A stretch of 64,000 nucleotides of DNA, from positions 4,345 through 68,344 of the forward strand of contig JAJZKM010000002.1 in the NCBI GenBank assembly GCA_021804085.1, given 5' to 3'. Below the pieces are notes generated by a model that was not told where the DNA came from, ran no database searches, and worked only from the letters and a program-made list of their open reading frames with translations. Source of the stretch: a bacterium. Its GTDB lineage: Bacteria; Patescibacteriota; Saccharimonadia; Saccharimonadales; UBA4665. Shown piece by piece: positions 47,323 through 54,956 of the stretch (its first letter is position 1; each line of letters begins with the position of its first letter). Both the position numbers and the translations under genes were made by a program.

Positions 47323-48237
47323 ATGAACTATTCTAAGCAACTAAAGGCTATATTGGATGCAAGTGGGTGGACGCAGGAAGAACTTGCTAAACAATTAGGT
47401 GTTTCGTTTGTAACTCTCAACTCATGGGTTAACGCTAAGTCTAAGCCTCGTAAGAGGGCGCTTGAATCTATACGTATTCTGTACTTTAATGTGCTGGGTG
47501 CCGACATTTTAGATGTAGGCTATCTTGAAGAGCTGAAAGAAAAAATAGAGCATTTTAGCATTAAGCTCCCTCAAATCACTGAAAACAAGGAGGTGCTTGA
47601 CAGGCTTATACTCTACTTGACCTATCATACAAATGTCATAGAGGGCAGTACCATGACGCTTGATGACACAAGAGAGGTTCTTTTCGAAAACAGAACCCTA
47701 ACTAACAGAACGCAAATTGAGCAAGCTGAGGCCAGGAACCACAAAGCCGCACTAGTTTGGCTACTGGGTGCGTTACAAAGCAAGAGTTTTGTAATTGACG
47801 AGAGTTTAATAAAAGGGCTACACCTCAGGCTCATGAACGGCATTATAGAAAATGCATGACTGTACAGAAACCATTCAGTTCGCATAATGGGTGCGCATGT
47901 TACGGTTGCCAATCATCTAAAAGTGCCTGAATTAGTGCATGAGCTGCTTACGAAAATTAATGCTAAGGCTAAAGAAGAAGTCACAGAAAAATTATCTGAA
48001 ACTCATGCTATTTTTGAGAAGATACATCCATTTAGTGATTGTAACGGAAGAGTGGGCCGATTACTAATGCTTGCCCAAGCCTTACAAAGAGGTATTGTGC
48101 CACCTTTGGTGCTGAAAGAGAGAAGGCAGGCATACTATAAGTATTTAGAGCTTGCACAGACTCAAGATAACGTGATGCCTTTACAGCTTTTTATAGCTGA
48201 ATCTATAGTTGCAGCCAATGACCTACTATTTAAGTAG
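47323..48237 (+). pseudogene. HTH(XRE)-Fic family protein interrupted by one in-frame TGA
   Basis: ORFs 47323-47859 and 47887-48237 are in the same frame. The N-terminal HTH is QEELAKQLGVSFVTLNSWVN, and the class II inhibitory motif is TNVIEG. TGA at 47857-47859 sits where Fic proteins have the Gly of A-G-x-Y-R (NA*LYRNHSVRI). The Fic motif reads HPFSDCNGRVGR, with Cys in place of the canonical Gly. Confidence 0.8.
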
Positions 48238-48316
48238 CAAAAGGCGCTAATAGGATTCGAACAGGTTTGAAGAAGTTATTGTGTTGAGATGATTGTATTC
48301 ATCCAATGTTAGAACC

Positions 48317-48376
48317 TTAGAAACAGAGGTTTACACTTTAAGGGTCGAATGGTACACTCTGCTGGATATGTTGAGA
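48317..48376 (+). repeat. Intergenic module copy E4 (3' motif followed by truncated 5' motif)
   Basis: GTTAGAACCTTAG-28 nt-ATGGTACAC-TCTGCTGGAT. Confidence 0.5.
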
Positions 48377-48574
48377 AAGAAATATTATGTGGTTATTGTT
48401 AGCACTGCCAAAGAAATAGAACTAGCTAAGCAGTATCTGAATGCTTCACCAGAACTTAGCTATATAGTACGATAACCGATATATAACTTATCGATTAGCA
48501 GCATAAGGTAAATAAATAATGTTTTCACTTGCCCTATTTTGAAAACCAATAGTATATAGGGATATGGGTAGAGA

Positions 48575-49567
48575 TTAGCTACTTAAGGCTTCACGCAGTT
48601 TAGCTGCTTGTGCCGCCATCTCATGAAGTTCACCAGGCAGCTGACTTACTGGTGCTGTAGCATTGTCACCCTTAATTTTATTTAGTAAATCATTGCCATA
48701 AGTTGCAATGCCAACCAAACGATTAGCTGACAAACCAGCTAATGCAGCACCCAAAGTTCGTGATGGTCTATAAGTACCGCTAGTAACATGTACTATGGGA
48801 GAGGTTTCATCTCCGCTAGCTTTAGTAACTTCATCAACAATACCAATTACCGCAGCAGTTCCAGGCTGTCTGTCGTACTTACCGCCCTCTAAATCTCTAC
48901 GGCTAATCTGCATAAGAATAACTGGCGTGCCATTGACTTCACCAACAGCTTGAAATTGTCCTGTTGGTTCTCGGAAAACCTTATTATTATCGTTTATGTC
49001 GTAGGCAGCATTTAAGACTCTTGGCTCTGGGTATTCAATAAACCCAGGTAAAGCTCGGGCGACATCACTCGCTACATCATATTCTGTTGTACCAACTCTT
49101 CCGAATAATCTTTGTGAACTAGCAACCTCAGCCTCGTTCTTAATTTCTCTATGTGGGCTGGCACTTATTATAATAGACTTGGGTTGGGCTGATACATCGT
49201 CTATTACCATTCTGGCTTCTGCTAACATCTTATGAGGTTGACCGCCCTCTACGATTACTGTAGCACCAGTAAAACCTTGTTCACTCAAATTAACATTTTC
49301 GGCTCTACCGAAACCTAATTCACTAGCTTTGCATAATAAAGCCGTCTTAGCTTCCTCTGTAAGTTCAAGTATATCAGGACTTTCTGCACGCACTTCTGTT
49401 GGTTTTGGGAATACTTGCAAAGGGTCTGCGTCAGGTGTCTCAGGAAAAGCTATGCCGACAGCGTCTTTTAATATGGTTTCTGATTGTACTAATACTTGCT
49501 CTGCATATGCTAATACTTGCTCTGCATATTGGTGGGATGTTGAGGGAGTTTCGTAACTTTTAGTCAT
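48575..49567 (-). CDS. Hypothetical protein (possibly DUF218/YdcF-like Rossmann fold)
   Basis: 330 aa. VIVEGGQPHKM and IVHVTSGTYRPSRT loosely resemble the GG and VTS..H..R motifs of DUF218. The N-terminus carries a 7-aa tandem duplication. Confidence 0.5.
   Translation of the reverse strand: MTKSYETPSTSHQYAEQVLAYAEQVLVQSETILKDAVGIAFPETPDADPLQVFPKPTEVRAESPDILELTEEAKTALLCKASELGFGRAENVNLSEQGFTGATVIVEGGQPHKMLAEARMVIDDVSAQPKSIIISASPHREIKNEAEVASSQRLFGRVGTTEYDVASDVARALPGFIEYPEPRVLNAAYDINDNNKVFREPTGQFQAVGEVNGTPVILMQISRRDLEGGKYDRQPGTAAVIGIVDEVTKASGDETSPIVHVTSGTYRPSRTLGAALAGLSANRLVGIATYGNDLLNKIKGDNATAPVSQLPGELHEMAAQAAKLREALSS
49490..49529. repeat. Near-perfect 21-nt tandem duplication inside the CDS (YAEQVLA/YAEQVLV)
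   Basis: TAATACTTGCTCTGCATAT occurs twice in direct tandem with 21-nt periodicity. Confidence 0.85.
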
Positions 49568-49731
49568 AATGAATATCCTTTACTTAAAATTAATTAAATT
49601 TCTATCCCTATTATAGCTGATTATTTAACTAGTGTCAATAAATGATTCACGGTTATAACCAAATTTAAGGAAGAAAATTATTAATGTGAAATTGCTATTC
49701 ACAAAATCGTAAAATATGATAGTATGATTAC

Positions 49732-50523
49732 ATGGAAGACACATTAATTAAAGCAGGACTTTCTCGATTACAGGCTCAGGTGTATTTATACTTACTTAAT
49801 AATGGTGCTGTCTCTCCAAGTATTCTTACAAGCAATCTCAGCATAACGAGGACTAATGCATATAAAGTGCTGGAGTCACTTGAAAAATTAGAACTGGTGA
49901 AACGTAAAACAAAAAATAAAAAAGCTGTATATTATCCCGAAAATCCAACAGCACTAGCTTCACTAGTTGCAGAAAAGCGTAATGAAGTGATTTCCCTAGA
50001 GCAAAGCGTCGATAAAGCAATACGTGGCCTTCAGAGCAAGTACCGGAAGCAGAAGACCGACATAAGTGCAGAAGTATTCGTAGGAAAAGGGTCTATTATT
50101 GAGTCTTATGATAAGCAAGTCCAGCAAAGACAGCCAATATATTTTGTAAAAAGTCGAGTCGATATACCTTTTATGGGCTTTGAGGCAATGGATGAAATAC
50201 GCCGAAAACAGGGTAAGCTTTCAGGTTGTAGGTATGGCCTAACTACTGACTCAGCAGAGGCTCCTAAAGATAAAGCAATAGACAGAAAGACTCATTTAAA
50301 AAGAACTTGGATGAATGAAAATGATTATACTTCTCCTGTTGAATGGTCAGCAAGTGGTGACACGTTAGTTATTCAAGTTTTTGACGAAGATGGCAAAAGT
50401 ATAGTTATTAAAAGTGGATTAATTACCGAGTCCTTTACTCAGTTATGGCATATAGCCGATAAGGCATTGAGGAGCTCAGTGGATTATAAAAATCATCCAG
50501 TTAAAGCCTCTCGGGTGGTTTAA
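49732..50523 (+). CDS. TrmB-family winged-helix transcriptional regulator
   Basis: 263 aa. N-terminus LIKAGLSRLQAQVYLYLLNNGAVSPSILTSNLSITRTNAYKVLESLEKLELVKRK. Upstream inverted repeat GTGAA-7-TTCAC at 49686-49702. Confidence 0.7.
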   Translation: MEDTLIKAGLSRLQAQVYLYLLNNGAVSPSILTSNLSITRTNAYKVLESLEKLELVKRKTKNKKAVYYPENPTALASLVAEKRNEVISLEQSVDKAIRGLQSKYRKQKTDISAEVFVGKGSIIESYDKQVQQRQPIYFVKSRVDIPFMGFEAMDEIRRKQGKLSGCRYGLTTDSAEAPKDKAIDRKTHLKRTWMNENDYTSPVEWSASGDTLVIQVFDEDGKSIVIKSGLITESFTQLWHIADKALRSSVDYKNHPVKASRVV

Positions 50524-50696
50524 TAAAGAACCTAACGCTATTATGCTCTAATATACGGGCTGAAATAATCATTACAAAGCATAGTAATCATAAAAATAAG
50601 TCATATTTGCCCCGTCCATGTACTTAAAACACCCTAGAGGATTCGAACAGATATAATCTGTGACTTCCGAATATACTAACTGGAGTGAATATTCAA

Positions 50697-50798
50697 ATGG
50701 TACACCTTCCAGTTATGGCATGGAACAAACTGAAAGATGAACTTTTGAGGTGGCATGAGACTTTTGAAGTAACACCTCTGCCAAGTCTAGCACAGTAA
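50697..50798 (+). CDS. Conserved small ORF (33 codons), copy B
   Basis: MVHLPVMAWNKLKDELLRWHETFEVTPLPSLAQ*, paralog of 47132-47236. A TATACT box lies at 50672-50677. Confidence 0.55.
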   Translation: MVHLPVMAWNKLKDELLRWHETFEVTPLPSLAQ

Positions 50799-50818
50799 CT
50801 ACCGTACTGGCTTAGAAC
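50697..50818 (+). repeat. Intergenic module copy E5 (full length)
   Basis: ATGGTACACC ... sORF ... TAACTACCGTACTGGCTTAGAAC. Confidence 0.75.
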
Positions 50819-50898
50819 ATTAAAGATAAGCAGCATCAAAGTTGTATAAATTGTATAATGGTTTCAACATTGACCACCAAGCTATTAGAGGAAACTAA

Positions 50899-51552
50899 AT
50901 GAAGCAGATTAAGGCAATACTTGAGATTCGATATGAACAGATGCCAGAACTCTTTGCCTACAAGAATAAGGTTGTAAGAGCATTGGGTGGATCTGATGCT
51001 GAAAAACAAGCATCTCTAGTAGAAAACGTGAACATTCGGGCAGAAAATCAGTTCGCACACATTTCTGTCGAGCCATATCGTTTACTTATCACTGTTGAGC
51101 GTAGAGAATCCAAAAAAGCTCAAGAATATATCTTGGGTGTTTATGAAAAAATTGATAACCTGCTACATCTCAGCTCGGTTAAGCAGGTTGGATACAGGTG
51201 CATATTCATCGAGGAAAGTGACGACAAGTTCAACGATCTAGTAGCCAGACAAAGAGCTGCTTTTTACAGAAGTACTTCTCTAACCGATGACGCAACAGAT
51301 GTAGCCATGCCCCTGACATTCAAGATTGGAGACTATCGAGTTAACTTCCTAGGTGGTCCAGTTAAGCCAAACGAACTGAAGGATCGGCTTGAGTATAAAG
51401 ACATTGAAGCCAAAAATAGCTTTCTGATTGACCTAGACTTTATTAAGTACAATTTGAGCGTATCGAGACGCTCTCTAAAGCAGCACATTGAAGAAGTTAG
51501 GAAATACCAGAAGGATCTAATCGGCAAGTGGGAAGGAGCTATTTATGAGTAG
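50899..51552 (+). CDS. Hypothetical soluble protein, first gene of a three-gene operon
   Basis: 217 aa. GAGGAAAC RBS-like sequence upstream. No motif I can name. The stop overlaps the next start by 8 nt. Confidence 0.6.
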   Translation: MKQIKAILEIRYEQMPELFAYKNKVVRALGGSDAEKQASLVENVNIRAENQFAHISVEPYRLLITVERRESKKAQEYILGVYEKIDNLLHLSSVKQVGYRCIFIEESDDKFNDLVARQRAAFYRSTSLTDDATDVAMPLTFKIGDYRVNFLGGPVKPNELKDRLEYKDIEAKNSFLIDLDFIKYNLSVSRRSLKQHIEEVRKYQKDLIGKWEGAIYE

Positions 51553-51892
51553 TGCTTATGCGAACGCTACGACCTTAGCAGTAACTTCTACAGAAAGGGT
51601 GCGTAGGGGTTCTGAAACGACTTGGTATATCGAAGAAGATACCAAGCCAAAATCTGAGCTGAATGAAGAAGTGATAGTCATCGAAAGAGTTATTTTCAAA
51701 TCTAAGGTACAAACCTACGTAGATCGGCATTCTAAAATAAACCTGGCCGGCGTTGGCATTACTGCTCTGACTATGGTTATTCTCGCACTTGTCGGCAAGG
51801 CATGGATTATATTCTTTGTAGTGCCTTTCTTTCTTGGGTTTTTGGAAATGTATATAACGGTGCTGGTGGATAAGCATACTCGGAGCAGCTAG
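51545..51892 (+). CDS. Small protein with C-terminal double TM hairpin
   Basis: 115 aa. Soluble N-terminal about 65 aa, then GVGITALTMVILALVG and IIFFVVPFFLGFLEMYITVLV. Confidence 0.55.
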   Translation: MSSAYANATTLAVTSTERVRRGSETTWYIEEDTKPKSELNEEVIVIERVIFKSKVQTYVDRHSKINLAGVGITALTMVILALVGKAWIIFFVVPFFLGFLEMYITVLVDKHTRSS

Positions 51893-51895
51893 GCC

Positions 51896-52186
51896 GTGAA
51901 ATATCTAAAAGCTCTAGGCGGCTTCATCACAAGTACGTTTAGCGTTCTAAAGCCACATAAGTTCTTGATTAAAGACGCTCCCCAGTCAATGAAGACGAAC
52001 ACATATCTGTTAATTCTTATGGCGGTGATCTTGATTATAATGATCGTCGTCGCAAGGGCTGTACTAACAGATCAGCCGTTTGCACATAATAACTTTGCAT
52101 ATTTTTGTCTTGTGGCCTTGTGTTTTGTAGTCGAGGTGGGATATTTTGCTTACTGTTCGATTTATCATAATAGCCGACCGGATTAG
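51896..52186 (+). CDS. Small 2-TM membrane protein
   Basis: 96 aa. GTG start 3 nt after the preceding stop. TM segments YLLILMAVILIIMIVVA and FAYFCLVALCFVVEVGYFAY. Confidence 0.5.
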   Translation: MKYLKALGGFITSTFSVLKPHKFLIKDAPQSMKTNTYLLILMAVILIIMIVVARAVLTDQPFAHNNFAYFCLVALCFVVEVGYFAYCSIYHNSRPD

Positions 52187-52298
52187 CCAACGAGTTTCAG
52201 GTGCTGTTAAACGATTTTCGAGAAACAACCATAATTTATACATCTCGACTATAAAAACGCAGTACAGATGAGAATATAGGGTGATAACGAAGAAACTG

Positions 52299-52562
52299 CT
52301 ATGACTTCTTCTTGTTCCGTTTGCTCTTAGCCTTTTCTTCCTGATACATGTCGTACGTTAGCTCTGCCAGTGCTTTGGCATCACGTTTCCGAGCTTCTTT
52401 GAAGTCTTCAAGTTGCTGCTTGGTAATTGGCTGGTAAATGAGTTCCATTTGCCGGACTAGCTTCGATAGCTGCTCACGTGCGTTATGTTTATCAATATCT
52501 TTGCCGAATTGAGCTTTGTATAGCTTCTGGTACTTGATAATATCGCTGTCGAGTAATTCCAT
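52299..52562 (-). CDS. Hypothetical charged helical protein
   Basis: 87 aa with a K/E-rich C-terminus. Convergent with the three-gene operon. Confidence 0.45.
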   Translation of the reverse strand: MELLDSDIIKYQKLYKAQFGKDIDKHNAREQLSKLVRQMELIYQPITKQQLEDFKEARKRDAKALAELTYDMYQEEKAKSKRNKKKS

Positions 52563-52610
52563 AGTTTTCTGAATGACTTAGCTACTTCACTTTCTTATCT
52601 GCACTGGTAA

Positions 52611-52820
52611 GTGGTGTATAGTTATAGTATGACACAATCTGAGAAAAAAGAGCCTAAACTGCTCACGCTCAGGCAGACATGCGAGATATTGAATTGCCAT
52701 CCAAACACTTTACGAGCGTGGGATGCAAAGGGCTATTTGATTGCGGTACGTTTCGGCACACGAGGCGACAGACGTTATCGTAGAGAAGATGTAATGAAAC
52801 TAATGGAGAAAAAGAAATGA
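52611..52820 (+). CDS. MerR/excisionase-family (HTH_17-like) DNA-binding protein
   Basis: 69 aa. LLTLRQTCEILNCHPNTLRAWDAKGYLIAVRFGTRGDRRYRREDV. The stop overlaps the mod start (ATGA). Confidence 0.75.
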   Translation: MVYSYSMTQSEKKEPKLLTLRQTCEILNCHPNTLRAWDAKGYLIAVRFGTRGDRRYRREDVMKLMEKKK

Positions 52821-54955
52821 TACTGAGTGATAACGAAAAACGAGATGTTATTAAGTATCTAGAGTCCGGTAAGCCACTGCCAGAAAAGTATCGTTTTTTG
52901 TTATTTGATGACACTCGTGAGGTTGAGTTGTTGTGGAACGGCAAGACTAATGAAGTTACTAATACTGTTCTACCGTTCCAAGTCATAGAACAGATAGACG
53001 AACCACGAAGCGACGAAAAGATTGGGCTGCAATCAACGCTTTTTGATGACAGTGGCAGACAACTTACTGGCTGGACTAACAAACTGATATGGGGCGATAA
53101 CAAGCTCATCCTTTCGTCTCTTGCTAACGGACCAATGCGTAAAGATATTGAAGCACAAGGTGGCTTAAAATTGATTTATATTGACCCCCCTTTTGACGTA
53201 GGTGCTGATTTTTCAATGGACATAACTATTGGTGATGGTAATGAAGAAGAGAGTTTTGTGAAAAAACCATCAGTTATAGAAGAAATCGCTTACCGTGATA
53301 CATGGGGTAAAGGCTCAGATAGCTTTATAGCAATGATTTACGAGCGTCTTAAACTTATGCACAATCTGCTTGCTGATGACGGAAGTATTTATGTTCATTG
53401 TGATTGGAGAGTAAATTCGTATTTAAGATTGGTATTGGATGAGATTTTCGGTAAGGATAGGTTTTCTAACGAAATAGTCTGGCGATATAGCGGTTGGAAT
53501 AAAAAGTTATCAAGTTCATTCGAAAAGAGGCATGACTCAATCCTCTTTTACAGTAAATCTGACAAACCAGTATTCAATTCCTACTTCAAACCGTGGGAAA
53601 GCAAAGAGGCATACGTAAAAGCTCGTAAACAAAAGATACTTAGGGATGATGACGGTCGTGAATATGTGAATTCTGACGCAGGTGGCGGAAAACGAATAAG
53701 AAGATACTTAGACGAAGTTATGAATGAGGGTGTGGTAATTGATGATGTTTGGTTAATTGATAAGCTAAATAACTCAGCAAAAGAAGGCGTCGGTTACCCT
53801 ACGCAGAAAACAGAAGCACTTCTTGAGAGAATAATTAAGGCGTCGTCAAATGAGGGTGACTTGATTGCTGATTTCTTCTGTGGCTCTGGTACAACTATGG
53901 CTGTAGCAGAGCGTCTCAATAGAAAATGGATTGGTTCTGACTTAGGTAAATTCGGTATTCATACATCTCGCAAACGCATGATTGATGTGCAAAGAAAACT
54001 TAAAAAAGAGGGCGTAGATTTCCGTGCCTTTGAGATATTAAACGTAGGTAGATACGAGCGAGAGAATTATCTTAATGTAAACGATGACTTACGTGCCGAA
54101 CAAAAGGCTCAACAAGCTGCCAAAAAAGAAAAAGAGTTTGTAAAACTGATTATTACGGCTTACAAAGCCGAACCAGTAGAATCGTTTGTAAACATTGTAG
54201 GTAAAAAAAGAGACAGGCTTGTCGCTGTTGGTCCGATCAGCACCCCAGTATCATCAAAACAAGTAGATGACATAGTTTCAGAGTGTAAGGATAAAGGTAT
54301 TACTAAGATTGACATACTTGGCTTCGATTATGAGATGGGACTAGATTTCCAGGAGTATAGCACTCATGGAATAGATGTAGCGTTTAGAATTATACCTAGA
54401 GAGGTATTTGATAAAAAAGCAGTTGAGCGTGGTCAGGTAAAGTTCTATGACGTTTCTTTTGTTGAAGCAAAGTCGACGGTTAAAGGTCCAATGAACAAAA
54501 AAGAGCTTACCGTTGAACTTACTGATTTTTCTGTATCTTATAACCAGGGTGACTCTGGTGAAGTGGCAGAGGCATTACGTCCTGGCGGAGAAAAAGTTAT
54601 TGTAGAAAACGGTCAAGTTGTAAAAGTTTCAAAAGATAAAGACAGTGACATTATTTCAAAAGATGTACTGACCAAGAAATGGAGTGATTGGATTGACTAC
54701 TGGGCTGTAGACTTTGATTTTGCTAGCCGTAAAGAGATTATTAAAAAAATAAATGATAAAGACGAAGAATACGAAGAATGGACTGGTGATTATATTTTTG
54801 ATAACGAATGGCAGAGCTTTAGGACAAAAAAGAACCGAGAGCTTGAGCTTACTTCGGCTTCTAAAGAAGTTGGTCGGGGCAAGTATAAAGTAGCTATCAA
54901 GGTGGTGGACATATTTGGCAACGATACAACTCATGTGATTGAGGTAGAAGTATAA
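52817..54955 (+). CDS. mod: Type III restriction-modification methyltransferase (Mod), beta-class N6A/N4C MTase
   Basis: 712 aa. Motif IV LIYIDPPFD precedes motif I DFFCGSGTT (beta order). Followed 1 nt later by res. Carries a C-terminal extension of about 300 aa. Confidence 0.88.
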   Translation: MILSDNEKRDVIKYLESGKPLPEKYRFLLFDDTREVELLWNGKTNEVTNTVLPFQVIEQIDEPRSDEKIGLQSTLFDDSGRQLTGWTNKLIWGDNKLILSSLANGPMRKDIEAQGGLKLIYIDPPFDVGADFSMDITIGDGNEEESFVKKPSVIEEIAYRDTWGKGSDSFIAMIYERLKLMHNLLADDGSIYVHCDWRVNSYLRLVLDEIFGKDRFSNEIVWRYSGWNKKLSSSFEKRHDSILFYSKSDKPVFNSYFKPWESKEAYVKARKQKILRDDDGREYVNSDAGGGKRIRRYLDEVMNEGVVIDDVWLIDKLNNSAKEGVGYPTQKTEALLERIIKASSNEGDLIADFFCGSGTTMAVAERLNRKWIGSDLGKFGIHTSRKRMIDVQRKLKKEGVDFRAFEILNVGRYERENYLNVNDDLRAEQKAQQAAKKEKEFVKLIITAYKAEPVESFVNIVGKKRDRLVAVGPISTPVSSKQVDDIVSECKDKGITKIDILGFDYEMGLDFQEYSTHGIDVAFRIIPREVFDKKAVERGQVKFYDVSFVEAKSTVKGPMNKKELTVELTDFSVSYNQGDSGEVAEALRPGGEKVIVENGQVVKVSKDKDSDIISKDVLTKKWSDWIDYWAVDFDFASRKEIIKKINDKDEEYEEWTGDYIFDNEWQSFRTKKNRELELTSASKEVGRGKYKVAIKVVDIFGNDTTHVIEVEV

Positions 54956-54956
54956 T

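Noticed and set aside
48252-48264. AGGATTCGAACAG (also at 50638-50650) as a tRNA 3'-end fragment marking att sites
   Set aside because: It resembles a T-loop (GTTCGAATCC on the other strand; 13/14 to the tRNA-Pro(UGG) T arm in one copy). However, the flanking bases do not continue into any acceptor stem and do not match each other beyond about 15 nt.
48293-48475. 60-aa plus-strand ORF after the Fic gene
   Set aside because: It lies within the rearranged repeat mosaic (copy E4) and reads across the GGTACAC motif. It has no RBS or motif support.
44429-50898. Integron attC interpretation of the repeated intergenic modules
   Set aside because: The ends do not form the R''/R' pair (RYYYAAC...GTTRRRY), and the modules are not imperfect palindromes overall. 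The intervening genes have mixed orientation and their own promoters or regulators. The recombinase is 10 kb away with an R-M system in between.
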